From Podarcis tiliguerta (lineage: Eukaryota): a stretch of DNA of 64,000 nt. The stretch is from the NCBI GenBank assembly GCA_965153285.1, contig OZ229110.1; one strand, given 5' to 3'. A program made the translations under genes and the position numbers. This document shows, one piece after another, positions 12,501-25,650 of the stretch. Below the pieces are notes generated by a model. That model searched no databases, had not been told where the DNA came from, and was given only the letters and a program-made list of their open reading frames with translations. Position 1 is the first letter of the stretch. The number at the start of each line of letters is the position of its first letter.

Positions 12501-14469
12501 TGAGGACAGCAGCTGGACCACCTTGAGATCCAATGGATCCTGGGCCTGCACAGCCCTGCCCCTTTTCTGGCCCCTGGAAACACCATTTCAAGGCTTTCCA
12601 CTGGCTTTTACCAGCAGGGATTCCACCAGTGGTGCTTCCATCCCCCTGGGCATTCAGTGAAAAGAAGGGGATGCTCAGTACCATCAAAGAGACACCAGTG
12701 TCACTCCTCAGGCAGCAGCTGATAGGTCAACAGGGCTGATGGAGGGACACTTCCACCCAGTTAAGCCACCCACCCCCAGTCAGGCACAAAACAGAGTTGG
12801 ATTGCTCTGTCTGAAGATTAAAGAACCCTTGAAATTACCAAGAGTTCCAAAACAAATGAACAACTTGGGCCCAAATCATACACTTACTAGGAAGTAAGCC
12901 CTATTGAACACAGTGTCTTCCTTCCAAATAAGCATTCCAGCAGTCTATTAAATCAGCTTTTAGGGTCCTTAACTGTCTATTTGACTGCATTTCCTTTACA
13001 AACAGAACTGAATCCTGGCTTCTAAGGGAACGAGATTATATGCACATATATTTAAATTTTAACTAGGTTTTCCCCTCATACCTGCTTATCTTAATTTGCT
13101 CACTATAAAATTGTGTTTTTTGTGTTGTTAATTGCAGGTTTTCTTGTATAGGAAAGCCACTTACAGCCCAATACACAACTCAGTTAAGCAGAAGCACTTG
13201 GATTCAAGTTTAATTAGCCCTATTGAAATCAATAGAATTAAATCAGTATAAATCTTAGTAACCCTGGTTTCACTTAGCTGGGCTATAGATCAGTTGCCCA
13301 TTTCACTGAAGGGTGGTATACCTCCTGTTTGTTCATTGGTATCACTAGACAGACAAATGATCCTAATGTTACTGGAGACAGTTTGAAATCTGCTTCCACC
13401 TTATGCCTGCAGGCTTGCTAGTTCATATGTTTGACACGAAAGAGACTTGGGCCCTCATTCATATGTGAAGCAAATCAACATTTACATCAGGAATGAGGAT
13501 ATTAAACAATTTTAGTTTAGTTGAACAATTTTTATCATGTTTAACTGTATGGCAGGAATGAAGAACCTGTGACTCTCCAAATGATGTTCTCATCTTCCCT
13601 CACTAGTCTCATCTCTGCTGTTAAAAGATACCTGGGCCACAACCCCTTTACGTATTTAAGTTCAAATGCTTTCTGAATCAAGCTGTCCACCCAGAACAAG
13701 CAAACCTCTCTAAGAGAATCCTTTGGTTCACAAGAGAGCTATTGAAGCTTGCAAACGGATGCCTTAAAATGTTAAGTGCTGTTACTTCAGGCCTGTGGTG
13801 TAGATGAATAGTCACACATTGGCGGTACTCTTGCTTTGTTGCCTGCAAAAATGGGTGTGTGTAGGAACTGAGCACATCAAGCATCTATCACACCACAACA
13901 CAGGAGTTGTGAACTACATTAAGTCCTTGTGCACCAAAGGTTCTGCCCTGTAGTGGACAGCAGGGTGGAACAGTGATGCTCACCTGACCTCCAGTTGCCT
14001 GCATCATTGCAACATACCAAGGAGGAGGATATAAGGAGCAATGAACCTTGCTCTAACTTGGCCCTCTCCCTCCCCATTGTGGTATGCATGAGCAACCAGT
14101 AGGAAGGTCAGGTGAGTGCTGCCACCCCACCCCAACCCCTCATCCATTACTAGTCGGATGCCTTGTAGAAACTCCATTCATTTCTCATGAATCTCCTTGG
14201 TGCATACCAGTCTTCATGCCAGAGGTGCTTTCCTTAACTTAAATGATTTGAAGAACCTCAGAAGTTGTTCAAAGGAACGTAGGCTGATCCAGATAGCCAG
14301 TTAGTATATAACTTTTTTTTTGAGCTTGCTCAAGGCGAAGAGAGTTTTCAACGTCACCATCATAAACTCACCCTTTAGTTTTGTGAATTTAACTCATATT
14401 TTGGAAACAGTACAATGACATTCCCTGTCACAATGCGGGTGCACAGTCAAGCTCTAGAAACTTGCTCTA

Positions 14470-14920
14470 ATTTATTGCTTTTATGCTTTTATACTCAGCT
14501 TTCCGGGGTAAACCTTCATAAGGCAGCTAACAGCAACATCTCAAGTGATACAATATGTCAGATTTTAAAAAGTAATTAAAACAGCCTCCCTAGAGAATCT
14601 ATAACAATTTTTTAAAAGTTAAAAAGCAGTTAAAAAGTCAAGCCAGCATGAAAACACTGTAGTTCAATGAAAAGCCGAGCTAAGCATAAGTTTTAAGGTC
14701 TGCATAACAATTGCTAATGGAAGAGCCATAGACAGTTCTCAGGAGAGAAATCTGAAAGATTGTGAGGATACAATTGAAAATGCCCCTTCTAACATCATAG
14801 CTCCTAACAGCCAACCAGAGAAAAGGGCCTCTGCAACTGATCTCAGAGTTCAGGCACATTCACATTGGTATAAGTCACAATACAAACTGATGACCCCGCT
14901 GCAATTTAGACTAAAAAATT
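14470..14920 (-). mobile_element. Old L2-like LINE 3' remnant
   Basis: TTTATT-type tail, then degenerate L2-like sequence (AAGGGCCTCTGCAACTGATCTCAGAGTTCAGGC) similar to 58455-58973. Confidence 0.4.
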
Positions 14921-15789
14921 AAGTGGCCAGCCATGTATCCTACAATAATGTAAACCGTACAGTAAGACTGAATTTCCTTCCCACTTTCCCAAAAATCCAC
15001 TCAAAAATCAGGTCTGTTTTCCACTGTTTTCATTGATGAGGGGGGATTTCTCTGAAGTTTTTGAAAAGGGACTGCCATTTATCTCACTGAGTCTTGCCAA
15101 GAATTGAGGGTGGTGAGATGCCTCAGAGAGAGCCTAACACCACTCCCCACCAGCCACACTTCCCAGCATGCCTTGGAAGCAACATGGCATAACCTGATGT
15201 GGTATCCCTCTCAAAACATTTCAATATGTTCATACAACAGGAAGTTTAAGTTTAAAAAGCAAACTTTATGCTCACTTCATAAAGTTAAGGTAAGGAGCAA
15301 TCTTCTTCCAAAATATTCGGATAAATTTTTCTCAACACACAAAATTTTTTGGCAGGGATATTTCTCACCTACACATCAAACGGTCAAAAAAATGAAATTT
15401 GAGCATAGCTCTGGCAAAATTGGCCCTTATATATATGTTCTTTGAACTACATCTATTCAGTTTAACAAGAGCCTGGTTCATAAATGAATATTGATGCTGA
15501 AGACATCAAGTGACGGGCTACAGATGGGGATTGTGATTTACAACCAATGGCAGAAGTTAAATCACTTGATGTCACCTCCAATGCAGTCCTTTTCAACAGA
15601 ACCAATTTGCAGACCTTGCTGCCAGTTAACAAATAATAAGAAATCTATGAGGTACTTGGACGTGTACATCTTCTTCATGCTGCAGGTCATGCAGGAAGCA
15701 TTAGGAAAAGGAATCAAAAATAGGACTTCCAAAACCATGATGCCATTATAAAAATGTATTGCGATTCTTAGAAAGCTATGCATAATTCT

Positions 15790-16340
15790 GGCCGTCATAC
15801 CTCAAAATGGACCAGGAACAGGTGCAGCAGCAGAGCAAGACTCCCTGGAGAAAAGGTCTTAGTCTGGAAAAAGAGCCAATTTGGGGGAATATGATAGAGA
15901 TGCATAAAATTATGCATAGTGTGGAGAAAGAGGCTAGAGAGAGTTTTTCTTCCCATCTCATAATAATAATACAACTTAGTGTTATCCCTTGAGGTTGAAT
16001 GTTGAAAGATTCAAAAAATAAAAAATAAAAGAGAGATACTTATTTACACAGTGCATAGTTAAACTATGGAATTTGCTGTCACGGGTTGTAACCATTGCCT
16101 ACCAACATAGATGCTTTAAAGAGCAGTGAGACAAATTCAGAGAGGATAAGGCTATGCAGCGTTTGTCATCATGGTGCCTGTAAGTTGATAGGATCTAACT
16201 ACCAGTCACAAGGGGACAACAGTGGGGAAATGCTATTGTTTGTGAGCATCTAGTTGACCACTGTGAAAAAGAGGATGCTGGATGCAATGCTAGTTCAGAT
16301 GTGGTCTTGGGTCTAATACAGCAGGACTTTTCTTATGTTC
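15790..16340 (+). mobile_element. CR1 LINE 3' fragment
   Basis: Degenerate CR1 ORF2 C-terminus (GLSLEKEPIWGNMIEMHKIMHSVEK) followed by the squamate CR1 3'UTR ending CTTATGTTC. Confidence 0.8.
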
Positions 16341-17475
16341 CCTGTAAAGTATCTGGTTCTTTTGAGACTTTAGGTTGCTTGATCCAGTTCCCATTAATGT
16401 GCTTATACAAAAATTTATGGAAATTATTGTCAGCTGGGTCACTTCTATTGTTCTTGCTTTCTTTCAAAATTCCCATTAGTCTTGCAGCTATAAGGTTTAT
16501 TTTCAAAGCTTGCCATCTCAGTAAAATGGCGCAGTTTGCTATTCACCTCAAACAGCAGGGACAGAAGGGTTAAATTATTTCCTTTCCTCTTGATCACTGT
16601 GAAGAAGGGATATCAAGACAAGATTATTTTAACATTTGGCTAAATAGATTCTTTGTGAATTCTGCCCCAAAGCAGTGAGAATTAAACAAAAAGGAGCACA
16701 CTGCCTGAAAAACAGCTGTAATTTGTAAATTACATTGACTCCGCAGAGTGATCATTTTACAGGGCTTCTCTCTTGAAGTTCCCTGCAGACTAATCTTTAT
16801 TCAGGTCCTCTTCTATAATGGAGAGCTTCCCCAGACCCCAAACAATTATTTATTATATGTCAAAATCTAAAACCAAACAGTTTAAGTTAACTTTTGTCAT
16901 AAAAGAAAAACAACCCAATATTGCATAGCAGAGTATTTTCCCAGTGAACTACGGTTAAGGATGCAGATACACTATTAATTTGACTAGCAAGGTCCTCGCC
17001 CAAATGCATGGAAGTGTCTTCAGCAAGGGAAAGTGGGCTGAGCCACTTGCAACTGTCAAGTGGGATCCAGGAACCATGCCAGAGGTCAGCGCTTAGAGGG
17101 GATGTCATGGGGCTGGCAGAGTCAGGAAAGGAAGCCTTTATATCCCTTCCTGCTAAGGAGAACCAATAACCAGAACCAATAACCAGTCTCAATGGGTGAA
17201 GCCACTCTCAGCTGGACCCTTTCATGGAAAGGGAGCTGTGTAAACCCATATCCCTGGTGACTCGCCACACAAGGCAGCTGCCCACAGAGACACAGATTCC
17301 CACTTATCATCCTAGCAGCTCTTTGCAGGTCAGGAAATAAAACTACAAGCTGGTCCAGCATTCTAGATATAAAGTTCCTATCAACAACTGTTGGGCTTTA
17401 CTGAAGAATCACTGAGTCAGGGTGGAAATCTTTATAAATCCAACATGGAAATAACCTAGCTCTTTGTGCCACATA

Positions 17476-17716
17476 CATTGGTATCTCAGTTTAAGAACAG
17501 CTCTGTTTACGAACGATTCGGTTTATAAACTCTGCAGAACCGGAAGTAGTGTCCTGGTTTGAGAACTTTACCTCCGTCTAAGAATGGAATCCGAACGGTG
17601 GAAAGGCAATGGCGGCAGGAGGCCTCATTAGGGAAAGTGTGCTTCGGTTTAAGAATGGTTTCAGTTTAAGAATGGACTTCCAGAATGGATAAAGTTCGTA
17701 AACCGAGGTACCACTG
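17476..17716. mobile_element. Tc1/mariner (pogo/Tigger-type) MITE
   Basis: TA|CATTGGTATCTCAGTTTA ... TAAACCGAGGTACCACTG|TA: terminal inverted repeats with TA TSD. Confidence 0.85.
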
Positions 17717-19149
17717 TATTATACAGAGGCTGTGAGTTCTGTTTCAAAATATTTGACATAGTCACGGTGCTGGTCATGTGGGTATGCTGATCACTTAACC
17801 TTGAATAAGTTAAGAGGTTGCATGTAAATTCAGAATTCTCACATGTTGCCTCTGATCTTCTTGGGTACTCGGTGCGAAATAAGAATGGTGGTACTGTTGT
17901 GGCAAAGTGTTTGTTACTGTCTTGGGGCTGATGTTGTAACTCTCTATAGCTGGGGTGTGTATGAGACAGAGCTAGAGATCCATGAATCCAAACACATCTG
18001 TGTTTTTTATTGACAGTAACGTTTGGATACATCTCTTCGTGCTACAGTTTAAAGGTATTCCTAAAATCTCACAGGCATCAAACCAGAGAAAGCAGCTTGA
18101 GGATTTGAAACTAATACAGATTTCCATGACTCATTCCTAAAAGTACATTGATATAGGTTATTCTTATAAGCACTTGAGAGTCCTAGGGCCATTTTTATAA
18201 TAAGATAATAAGAACATAAAAGTCCACCTAGACTAGCATTTTGTATTTAAGAGTGGCCACTCTGATGCCTCTTAGAAACTTACAAGCAGAGAATGATGTT
18301 TGATCCCAATATCTGGTAGCCAGAGATATGCTGACATGGATAGTTTCCTAGTGCTAACATAGATTGCATCCATGAGTTCTTAGCAGTTCCACAGGATATG
18401 TAACAAAATCCCCAAAAGTTCTGCTCAGTTCAATGGTACTTAGTTCCTAGTAAATATGTGCAAGACTTGCAGCCCAGGTCATTTCTTTTTTATTTATATC
18501 CCATGTTACACCGAAAGGAATCTACAGCAAACTAACAAATCAAGGAATCCAGCTATTACCAGAGACACATGGGATCCAGCTAGAGGGAAAACTACAGTCA
18601 TGCTATTCCGTGGCTCCATTTGAATCAGAATGCAAAAATTACTGAAAGCAAAATATTTCAGGTGTCACATTATGTGGGAAGTACAGTGGTGTATGTTCAG
18701 ACTTTCCCAGGTAAGGATCCCAGAGACTGGCTGCTTAAATGGCCCAGGCACGGACCTAAGGGAAGCCCTCCTGCTCTGCCAGCTCTGCCCCCTTGCCCAG
18801 CCCACATCCAAACCTGCACTCCCATTTGTCAATCCTGGGTTCAGGGTTGGTCCAGCTCCTGATAGTTGATGCGAGCTTATGGCCCCACCGCACATCCAGA
18901 ATGGGCATCGATCCTGAGCCACCTTCGTTGGGGACTTTGGAGGTGCCTCCGCTGTCTTGCAACGCCTCCGCACCAAGAGGGTGAGCAGACTTGTCAGACG
19001 CATCAGCTCATGAAACTTTATGCCAACAGCAGTGCTGTTGAGATAAATGGAGCTCTCAAACCAGTCGTGCGACTGGAGAGCTAGTGAAATTTTTGTAATC
19101 TTGTAGTCACATCTATGAATGAATTTGTGTATTTTCTCAGTCCCAACTG

Positions 19150-19288
19150 AGAACCCAACCTGAACTGTAGACTACTGTTGCTGGACTACAGCTCCCATCA
19201 TTTCTTACTACTGGCCATGCTGGCTGTGGCAGATGGGAGTTAAGAGTCTAAAGACATATGGAAGGACCACAGGTTCCCCCATTCCTGT
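19150..19288. mobile_element. Degenerate hAT-type MITE
   Basis: Internal palindrome GGACTACAGCTCCCATC...GATGGGAGTT; right end CACAGGTTCCCCCATTCCTG like the 26761 copy. Confidence 0.55.
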
Positions 19289-20825
19289 TATAGGTTTGCA
19301 TTAATAAGAACAGAAATGAATCCATATATTGCAGAATCTGCTACCACAGAAACAAAGCATTTGGATGCTGAAAATCAACTGCTTGTCTCAGTTTAGGTGT
19401 TGTTTTTTTAAAATCTGTATCTGGCTCTCACATGCCTGAGCTACTCCTAGTAAGAAGGATACCCAGTTTTCTTTTCTGGCTCAATTTTTTCTAGCATAGC
19501 TAAAAAAAATTACAAGCTTAGTCAAGTGCTTATCGTAGACCTTAAACCTATTGAATTGTTGACACATCTATCTAAAACAGATTGGTGGTTGCAAATCTTC
19601 CATATCATTACATTTTGCTATTATCTGCTGCACTGGGGCCATCAGGAGTGTCTTCTTTGTCTAGATTACTTTTTTTTTTTGTAAAACTGATGTTGAATTC
19701 TGAATCTATTCCCAAATTCTGAAATTTTGTTTTTAGTTTTCCAAGTATCTGATTTCAACGAAGGAACAACAAACACCATCTGAGACAACAGCAAAAGAAG
19801 AGTCACTTTGGGCATTAGGTGAAGCCAACAAAGTAGGGAGCACCTAATGTTTCCTGTCCTGTGCTTTCCTTCATATATTTTCCAACACATAACTTCATAT
19901 TCCAGATTGCAAAATGTGCAAATTTCCAAGAAAATGACAGTTTGCCTATCTTGTGGCAGGATGAGATATGAAGGTTGAATCTTGCATGCTACAGAAGTGC
20001 CCAGAGAACAGGAAGCTTAAGGATGCTGTGCTTCCCATTTCCTCTGTATTGCCGAATGTCCAAAGCCACACTAAAAAGCACATTAAAAATACACAGCACA
20101 TGCAAAATAGTCTTTCAGTTACACTAAAGTATATGAAACCAAAATGCAACTAACTCTTTTCCCACTGTCTGCTTTTCAAGGTAGAAATCCCCTAGGATGT
20201 TGCCTCAGTCCAAGTCAGTTTTGTAGACCATGTACCATGTCTTAATACACTGTATGGGGATTAAAAAAATAGCCTTAGCTTTTTTGTTTTCTATGGTTCT
20301 TGTTGTATAGAAGAAAGACTTAAACTGTAAATAATGTATATTTAATAAAGAGAGCCTTTTGTATGATTTTGTGTGGAAGACCAGCGCCTCATGCCATGAT
20401 TCTTTTTCATATATAAAGCAGGGGGGGGGGCTAATCCTGAAAAGTGGTTTCATTCTGTTCTTGCAGGCAATTAATTATTGTAGCAGGAGCAATGTTGTGG
20501 ACAGTAATAAAATGTGATGCTCCCACAACTCAGATTTATTGATTTCAAACACTGCTAAAAGTGCTGTCACAGGACATTTGATCACTGCACAGCATTCCTG
20601 ACTCCAGTAACTAATCATGGTTTGCAGCACCTGCCTCTGAAGTGCATGAGGGCAAATGTGTCGACTTGATAAAAGTCAAGTCGGGAGATCTGTTTGGGGT
20701 CTGATTGCAAGGCACCTCCTGGAGCACAAAGCAAGAGCTGTTCTCCAGACTTGGTGTCTCTCTGTGTGACACTTCCACTTGCTTTCACTTGCCACACTCT
20801 TGTGTGAAGAATGTTCAGTATCACA

Positions 20826-20990
20826 CATAGAAAGCTGCCTTATAACCATGTCAGACCATTGATCCATCAAGCTATGTACAGGCTAGGCTGACTGGCAGTG
20901 GTTCTCCCAGATTTCAAATAGGGTTCTCTCCCAGCCCTACTAAGAGATGCCAGAGATTGAACCTCTGACTTTCTGCATTGTTGAGCTACA
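20826..20990 (-). mobile_element. Squam3-type tRNA-derived SINE (degenerate)
   Basis: Reverse complement matches the recalled Squam3 layout: GTAGCTCA head, GGTTCAATC B-box, GGCATCTC, 3' end TGGTCTGAC...TATAAGGCAGCTT. Confidence 0.7.
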
Positions 20991-21041
20991 ACTCTTCACT
21001 ATCCTATGATTTCTATCTGATAGGCACATATTTTCATTATA

Positions 21042-21283
21042 CAGTGGTACCTTGGTAGTCAAAAGGCTTGGCTCCCTGACAAATCGACTCCTGAAACCCA
21101 CAAACCCAGAAATAAGTGTTCTGGTTTGCGAACGTTTTTCGGAAGCCAAACATCCGACGCGGCTTCTGCAGCTTCCAGTTGAGTGAAGGAATCTCCTGAA
21201 GCCAATTGCAAGCCTCACTTTGGTTTTTTAACTGTTTTGGGAGGTGAACGGATTCCTAGAATGGATTAAATTTGAGAACCAAA
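21042..21283. mobile_element. Tc1/mariner (pogo/Tigger-type) MITE, right TIR damaged
   Basis: TA|CAGTGGTACCTTGG left end; internal motifs shared with the 3611 and 17476 copies. Confidence 0.7.
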
Positions 21284-23418
21284 CTACAAATTAATAAACT
21301 ATCATCAGGGAATGGGAAGTGGCTTACCTAGGGTTAAGCAAGACGTGGCATTAATTTTTGACCCAGCTGCCAGCTACCATACACAGGAAGAAATATGCAC
21401 AGCAAGGTAAGCAAAGGCACTTGAGATTCAGTATGTTCTCCAGAAGCAAGTTGCACTGCAGCACAGGATTTGGTGTCTCAGTTTTGAATGGTAGAATCAG
21501 CCCTACTTCTTGGTAATTATAAAGGGTCATTTCCTCACCCTCAGCCTTCCACTGTTGGCCAAAACACATATAGGGGTTCACATCAGAACCTAAAATATGG
21601 TGCGATATTAGAAAAGGACCAGGAGAAATTTTAAGGCAACAAGAACTCCAAAGCTCCTCAGACCCCTCTTCTCATTTGAAGCTCTAGCTACTCACTCCTG
21701 ATTACACCTGACTCACTTAACTTTGATTGGTCACTGCTGTTTCCTTCATGGGCTGTGTTTGACACCTTAGCATCTTCTCCCCTCTAATTGTGACTTCTTC
21801 AGCAGACCATTATATATGTACCTGCCTTTCATCTCCCTCACAGTTCCTGTAGCTTTTCTGACTAATCCCATGTATCCTCTCTTGATTATCCATTCTAGGG
21901 CATTGTTTCTGTCCTGCTTCTTCCCAGACATGCTACTCTCCTCTTCCCACATTACTGATTTTCTGGGATTTTTTTTAACCTGGAAAAGCTGGATATTTTA
22001 AGTATTATGGAGAGGGGGCTCAATGAGAAATGCATAGGCAGTGTGATGCCAAATGTCTCTGACTCTGTATCCCAGATGTGGGGAAAGTGGTCAGGAGAGG
22101 GGTTCAAAAGAAAAGTAGGGAGAGGGGGAGAATCATGTAATATTCAATCCAGCCAATATCCTTGTCAAACATTTCTCCTGGGATGAAGCATTACCTGTGT
22201 ACTTCATAGTCACTGGATGGCACTAGAGTAGGTAAGGCCTTTCTAGGAATGGCTATTCAATTTTGATATTAGTGTCTGAGGTTCAGAAGCATTCCCAGGA
22301 CGACACCGAACAAACAGGACACTGGACACACTAGGATTTGTTTTATGGACAAAATAAAGAAATTCTGCCATGAGGACCAATGCAACACACTCTGCAGTGT
22401 GTATGAATCACACCAAATTCTTCTTTAGCATGGAAACTTGAATGAATTTCTATACAACCTGCCACAGTTTACAAGCACTTCAATCTTGCCCGATTACTGT
22501 ATCACAACACTTTGATTCACCTTCACACTAGCTTCCAGGAAGAGGAATTAAATGCAGGATGTTTATTATCTGGGCTCAGGGAGACTGCAAGTGTCATCTT
22601 TTAACTGCCAGGCAATATTAAACCTTCACTAATAACACTGAGCAGTAATAAAGCTTCAGTCAATCAGATGCAAGATTCATTTTGTTGAACCCACAAGCCT
22701 TGACTTTTAAGAACAACCTTATTTCTCCATTGATCAGAACCATGTCCTTCTCTTCTTACAAGACTATGACTCCTGACTTGAATTTGCTACCCATTGTTTA
22801 TTATTATGGAGATGTGATAGTATCTGTATATATAAGGCACTGGTTAGCATCAGTAAATTTATCTTGAGAAGAAAACCTGTCATCTCTATCTCCTTTATGG
22901 CATTTCCCAATTATCCACCATTCATTGTGCTGTCTTTATGGTTCCATGTCAGAGTATTTCTAATAATAACAACAACACTTATTGTACCTAAATTCATTGG
23001 ACAGATTTGAGTGCAAACAGACATTATAGCTAATTCCCCTCAATAAGCCATCACAATAAACCAGCCTATAGTAGTCAGGAGGCTGGAACTGCCGTTTAGA
23101 GCAATCAGGCCCAAATCCCTCCACTGCAGCACTATAATATAAACTAGAACTATATGTTCACAGTATTCCCAATCCAGACTATGCTTTCAATATACAAAAC
23201 TGTGAGATACAGGACAGACATAGGCAGAATTGAGGAATGCTGAATCTTGCCTTACCCTCCATTTTTCAGAATTCTACAACTCGCCTCTCTGGCTGCTTAT
23301 TCCTTAGATGTGGTTCTGAGACACTGTTCTTGGATGAGTATCGAAAAGCATCCAAATCCCAGCGGAGCAATGGCAGGACATGACAAAGCACCAGAGTCAC
23401 CACCACATCCAAGTCCCT

Positions 23419-23678
23419 GAGAGCCAGTGTGGTGTAGTGGTTAAGAGCATTGGACTCATAATCTGGTGAACCGGGTTCGCTTCCCCGCTCCTCCACATGC
23501 AGCTGCTGGGTGACCTTGGGCCAGTCACACTTCTCTGAAGTTTCACAGCCTTACTCACTTCACAGAGTGTTTGTTGTGGGGCAGGAAGGGAAAGGAGATT
23601 GTTAGCCACTTTGAGACTCCTTAGGGTAGTGATAAAGTGGGATATCAAATCCAAACTCCTCCTCCTCTTCTTCTTCTT
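23419..23678 (+). mobile_element. tRNA-derived SINE with CORE/MIR-like central motif and (CTT)n tail
   Basis: A-box TGGTGTAGTGG, B-box GGGTTCGCTTCCCC, central GGGTGACCTTGGGCCAGTCAC, (CTC/CTT)n tail. Confidence 0.8.
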
Positions 23679-23882
23679 CAATGCTCATACCATTCTGGGT
23701 TGAAGTCATAGGAGCAGGCAGAAGCTTTCTCTGAACTACACCAACCTAGAGTTGACATAGCCCCTGAGCCCAGTGCCATCAATTGATAGAAGAGTGGTAG
23801 AAAGTTCCACCACCTTTCTCCATTCATGAGTTGAAGGAATAACCTCTGAAGTTAGAAGCCTCCCTCATGTGATTCTAATTGT

Positions 23883-24243
23883 AAAGGTAAAGGTACCCCT
23901 GCCCGAAGGCCAGTCATGTCCGACTCTAGGGTTGTGCGCTCATCTCACTCTAGAGGCCGGGAGCCGGCGCCGTCCGAGGACACTTCCGGGTCACGTGGCC
24001 AGCGTGACGAAGCTGCTCTGGCGAGCCAGCACCAGCGCAGCACACAGAAACGCTGTTTACCTTCCCGCTATAAAGCAGTACCTATTTATCTGCTTGTACT
24101 TAAGGGTGCTTTCGAACTACTAGGTGGGCAGGAACTGGGACCGAACGACGGGAGCTCACCCCGCCGCGGGGATTCGAACCACCGACCATACAATCGGCAA
24201 GTCCTAGGCACTGTGGTTTTACCCACAGCGCCACCCGCGTCCC
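23883..24243 (-). mobile_element. Sauria SINE (CpG-rich, probably young)
   Basis: Head GGGACGCGGGTGGCGCTGTGGG on minus strand, (ACCTTT)n tail; 11-bp TSD ATTCTAATTGT at 23872-23882 and 24247-24257. Confidence 0.92.
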
Positions 24244-25065
24244 TCAATTCTAATTGTGTTGGGTATTAAATAGAGCCAACACTTTTAGTAGAAACCGTTT
24301 ACATACTCAGCTGCTAGTGAATCAAGAAATCAAGTCAGATAATGCATATATGAATGTGGACTACCCCTTAGAAAGAAACTTCCTGTCTTCTAACATCATC
24401 TCAAATTTAATGCATTTCAGCACTGGTAATTCACATGCTCAGTAGCAAGTATGGCTGCAATGTCATTTAGTGGCCAGGCACTGAATCATGCATATACATT
24501 TCTGAATGAGCTTTGGCTCTAACCTACAAAAGGAATGCCAATATATTTTTCTACTCCACTACCAAACTTTTCTTACAGAATTTCCCTACCTGGTATGATA
24601 TTAAACCCTAAATCTGTATAGCTGCTGTTTAAATCAGTTGCCAACAAGGAGATATATCATGTCACAATCTATTAAGTTCTCTTCTAGCCCTTCAGTTGTA
24701 TAATTCTAAAATGAATTCCTGGGGAGAGAGAAAGTTGTTAAGAACCACATTTTCCTGTACCTTGCAGAAAGGGATCAGTGAGAAGAACTGAAAAGTTTCA
24801 CCCACAAGCTTTCAACAGATACTGCAGTAGAAGTAGATAGGTTGCAGAAAGCACCCTATTTATTGTGCTTTAGTCTTTTAAAGTTACAGCTCTCTTAGGA
24901 CACAAAAATAAAACATCTCCTGGTAGTCTGTTTGGGGGCTATTGTTTTCCGATAGGAAGCTTGGAAGGAACAAACAGGATGGACTCAGCAGGCAAGCAGA
25001 GCAGGTCTGTAGCATTTTAATAGAGATCCCTTGAACAGAATATGTTTAGTGACATCTTAGAAAAA

Positions 25066-25195
25066 CAAGGGGAAGCAGCCATATGCAATCTATTAAAATA
25101 TATTTGTGCCTGGCTCTTCAGAGTACTTGTTTGAAAATAACACCAATCAACCAACTGGTAGCCTACGTTTGTATGATAGTCAGGGTAGTGGATTG
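25066..25195 (+). repeat. 130-bp direct repeat, copy 1
   Basis: CAAGGGGAAGCAGCC...GGGTAGTGGATTG is repeated at 25651-25780 with 3 mismatches. Confidence 0.95.
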
Positions 25196-25650
25196 TGTTG
25201 GGAAACTGTGTACGTGCAGCTACTCACACAGAGTTAATTAAGGTTTGGCAGACAGCCAGAAGGTCATGTGAAGGAGTAAGTCTGCCTGGTGATAACAGAG
25301 GCATGGAGACAGCTCCCTGATTGGTCAAGCTCTCTCAAGGGAGTGATAATTATTGGCCTACTAACTGGAATGTCTTAGTTCAGTGTTAGGAGTTCAGGTG
25401 TTCAGTGGTTCAGTGTGTCAGTGAGTGTAGGAGTTGCGAGTCATGTCAGAGAGAGCTAGCTAAATATCCATGTTCTGTTCCTGTAAATAGTCCACTGTAT
25501 ATAATAAGCACCTAACTACAAGTTCCTGCTTCGTCTATCCTGTTTGCAGCCAAGTCGCCAATTGATTCCATGGATTCTGCGTTTACTCTGCTAGGTCTGG
25601 CTAAGGTCCTGCAACTAGTCAGAAAGTTGTGAAACGCCAATAGGTTTCGC
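25196..25650 (+). mobile_element. Solo-LTR-like element
   Basis: Starts TGTTGGGAAAC and ends GTTTCGC(CAA), an imperfect inverted terminus lacking the final CA; LTR-like interior (TGATTGG, TGTAAATA, TATATAATAAG). Confidence 0.65.

Noticed and set aside
19024-19040. Hairpin with a CAGTG loop resembling an IRE
   Set aside because: The pairing register gives no CAGUGN hexaloop on a 5-bp stem with a C bulge.
23419-23495. tRNA-like sequence
   Set aside because: It is the head of a SINE: followed by a CORE-like body and simple-repeat tail, with no proper acceptor stem.
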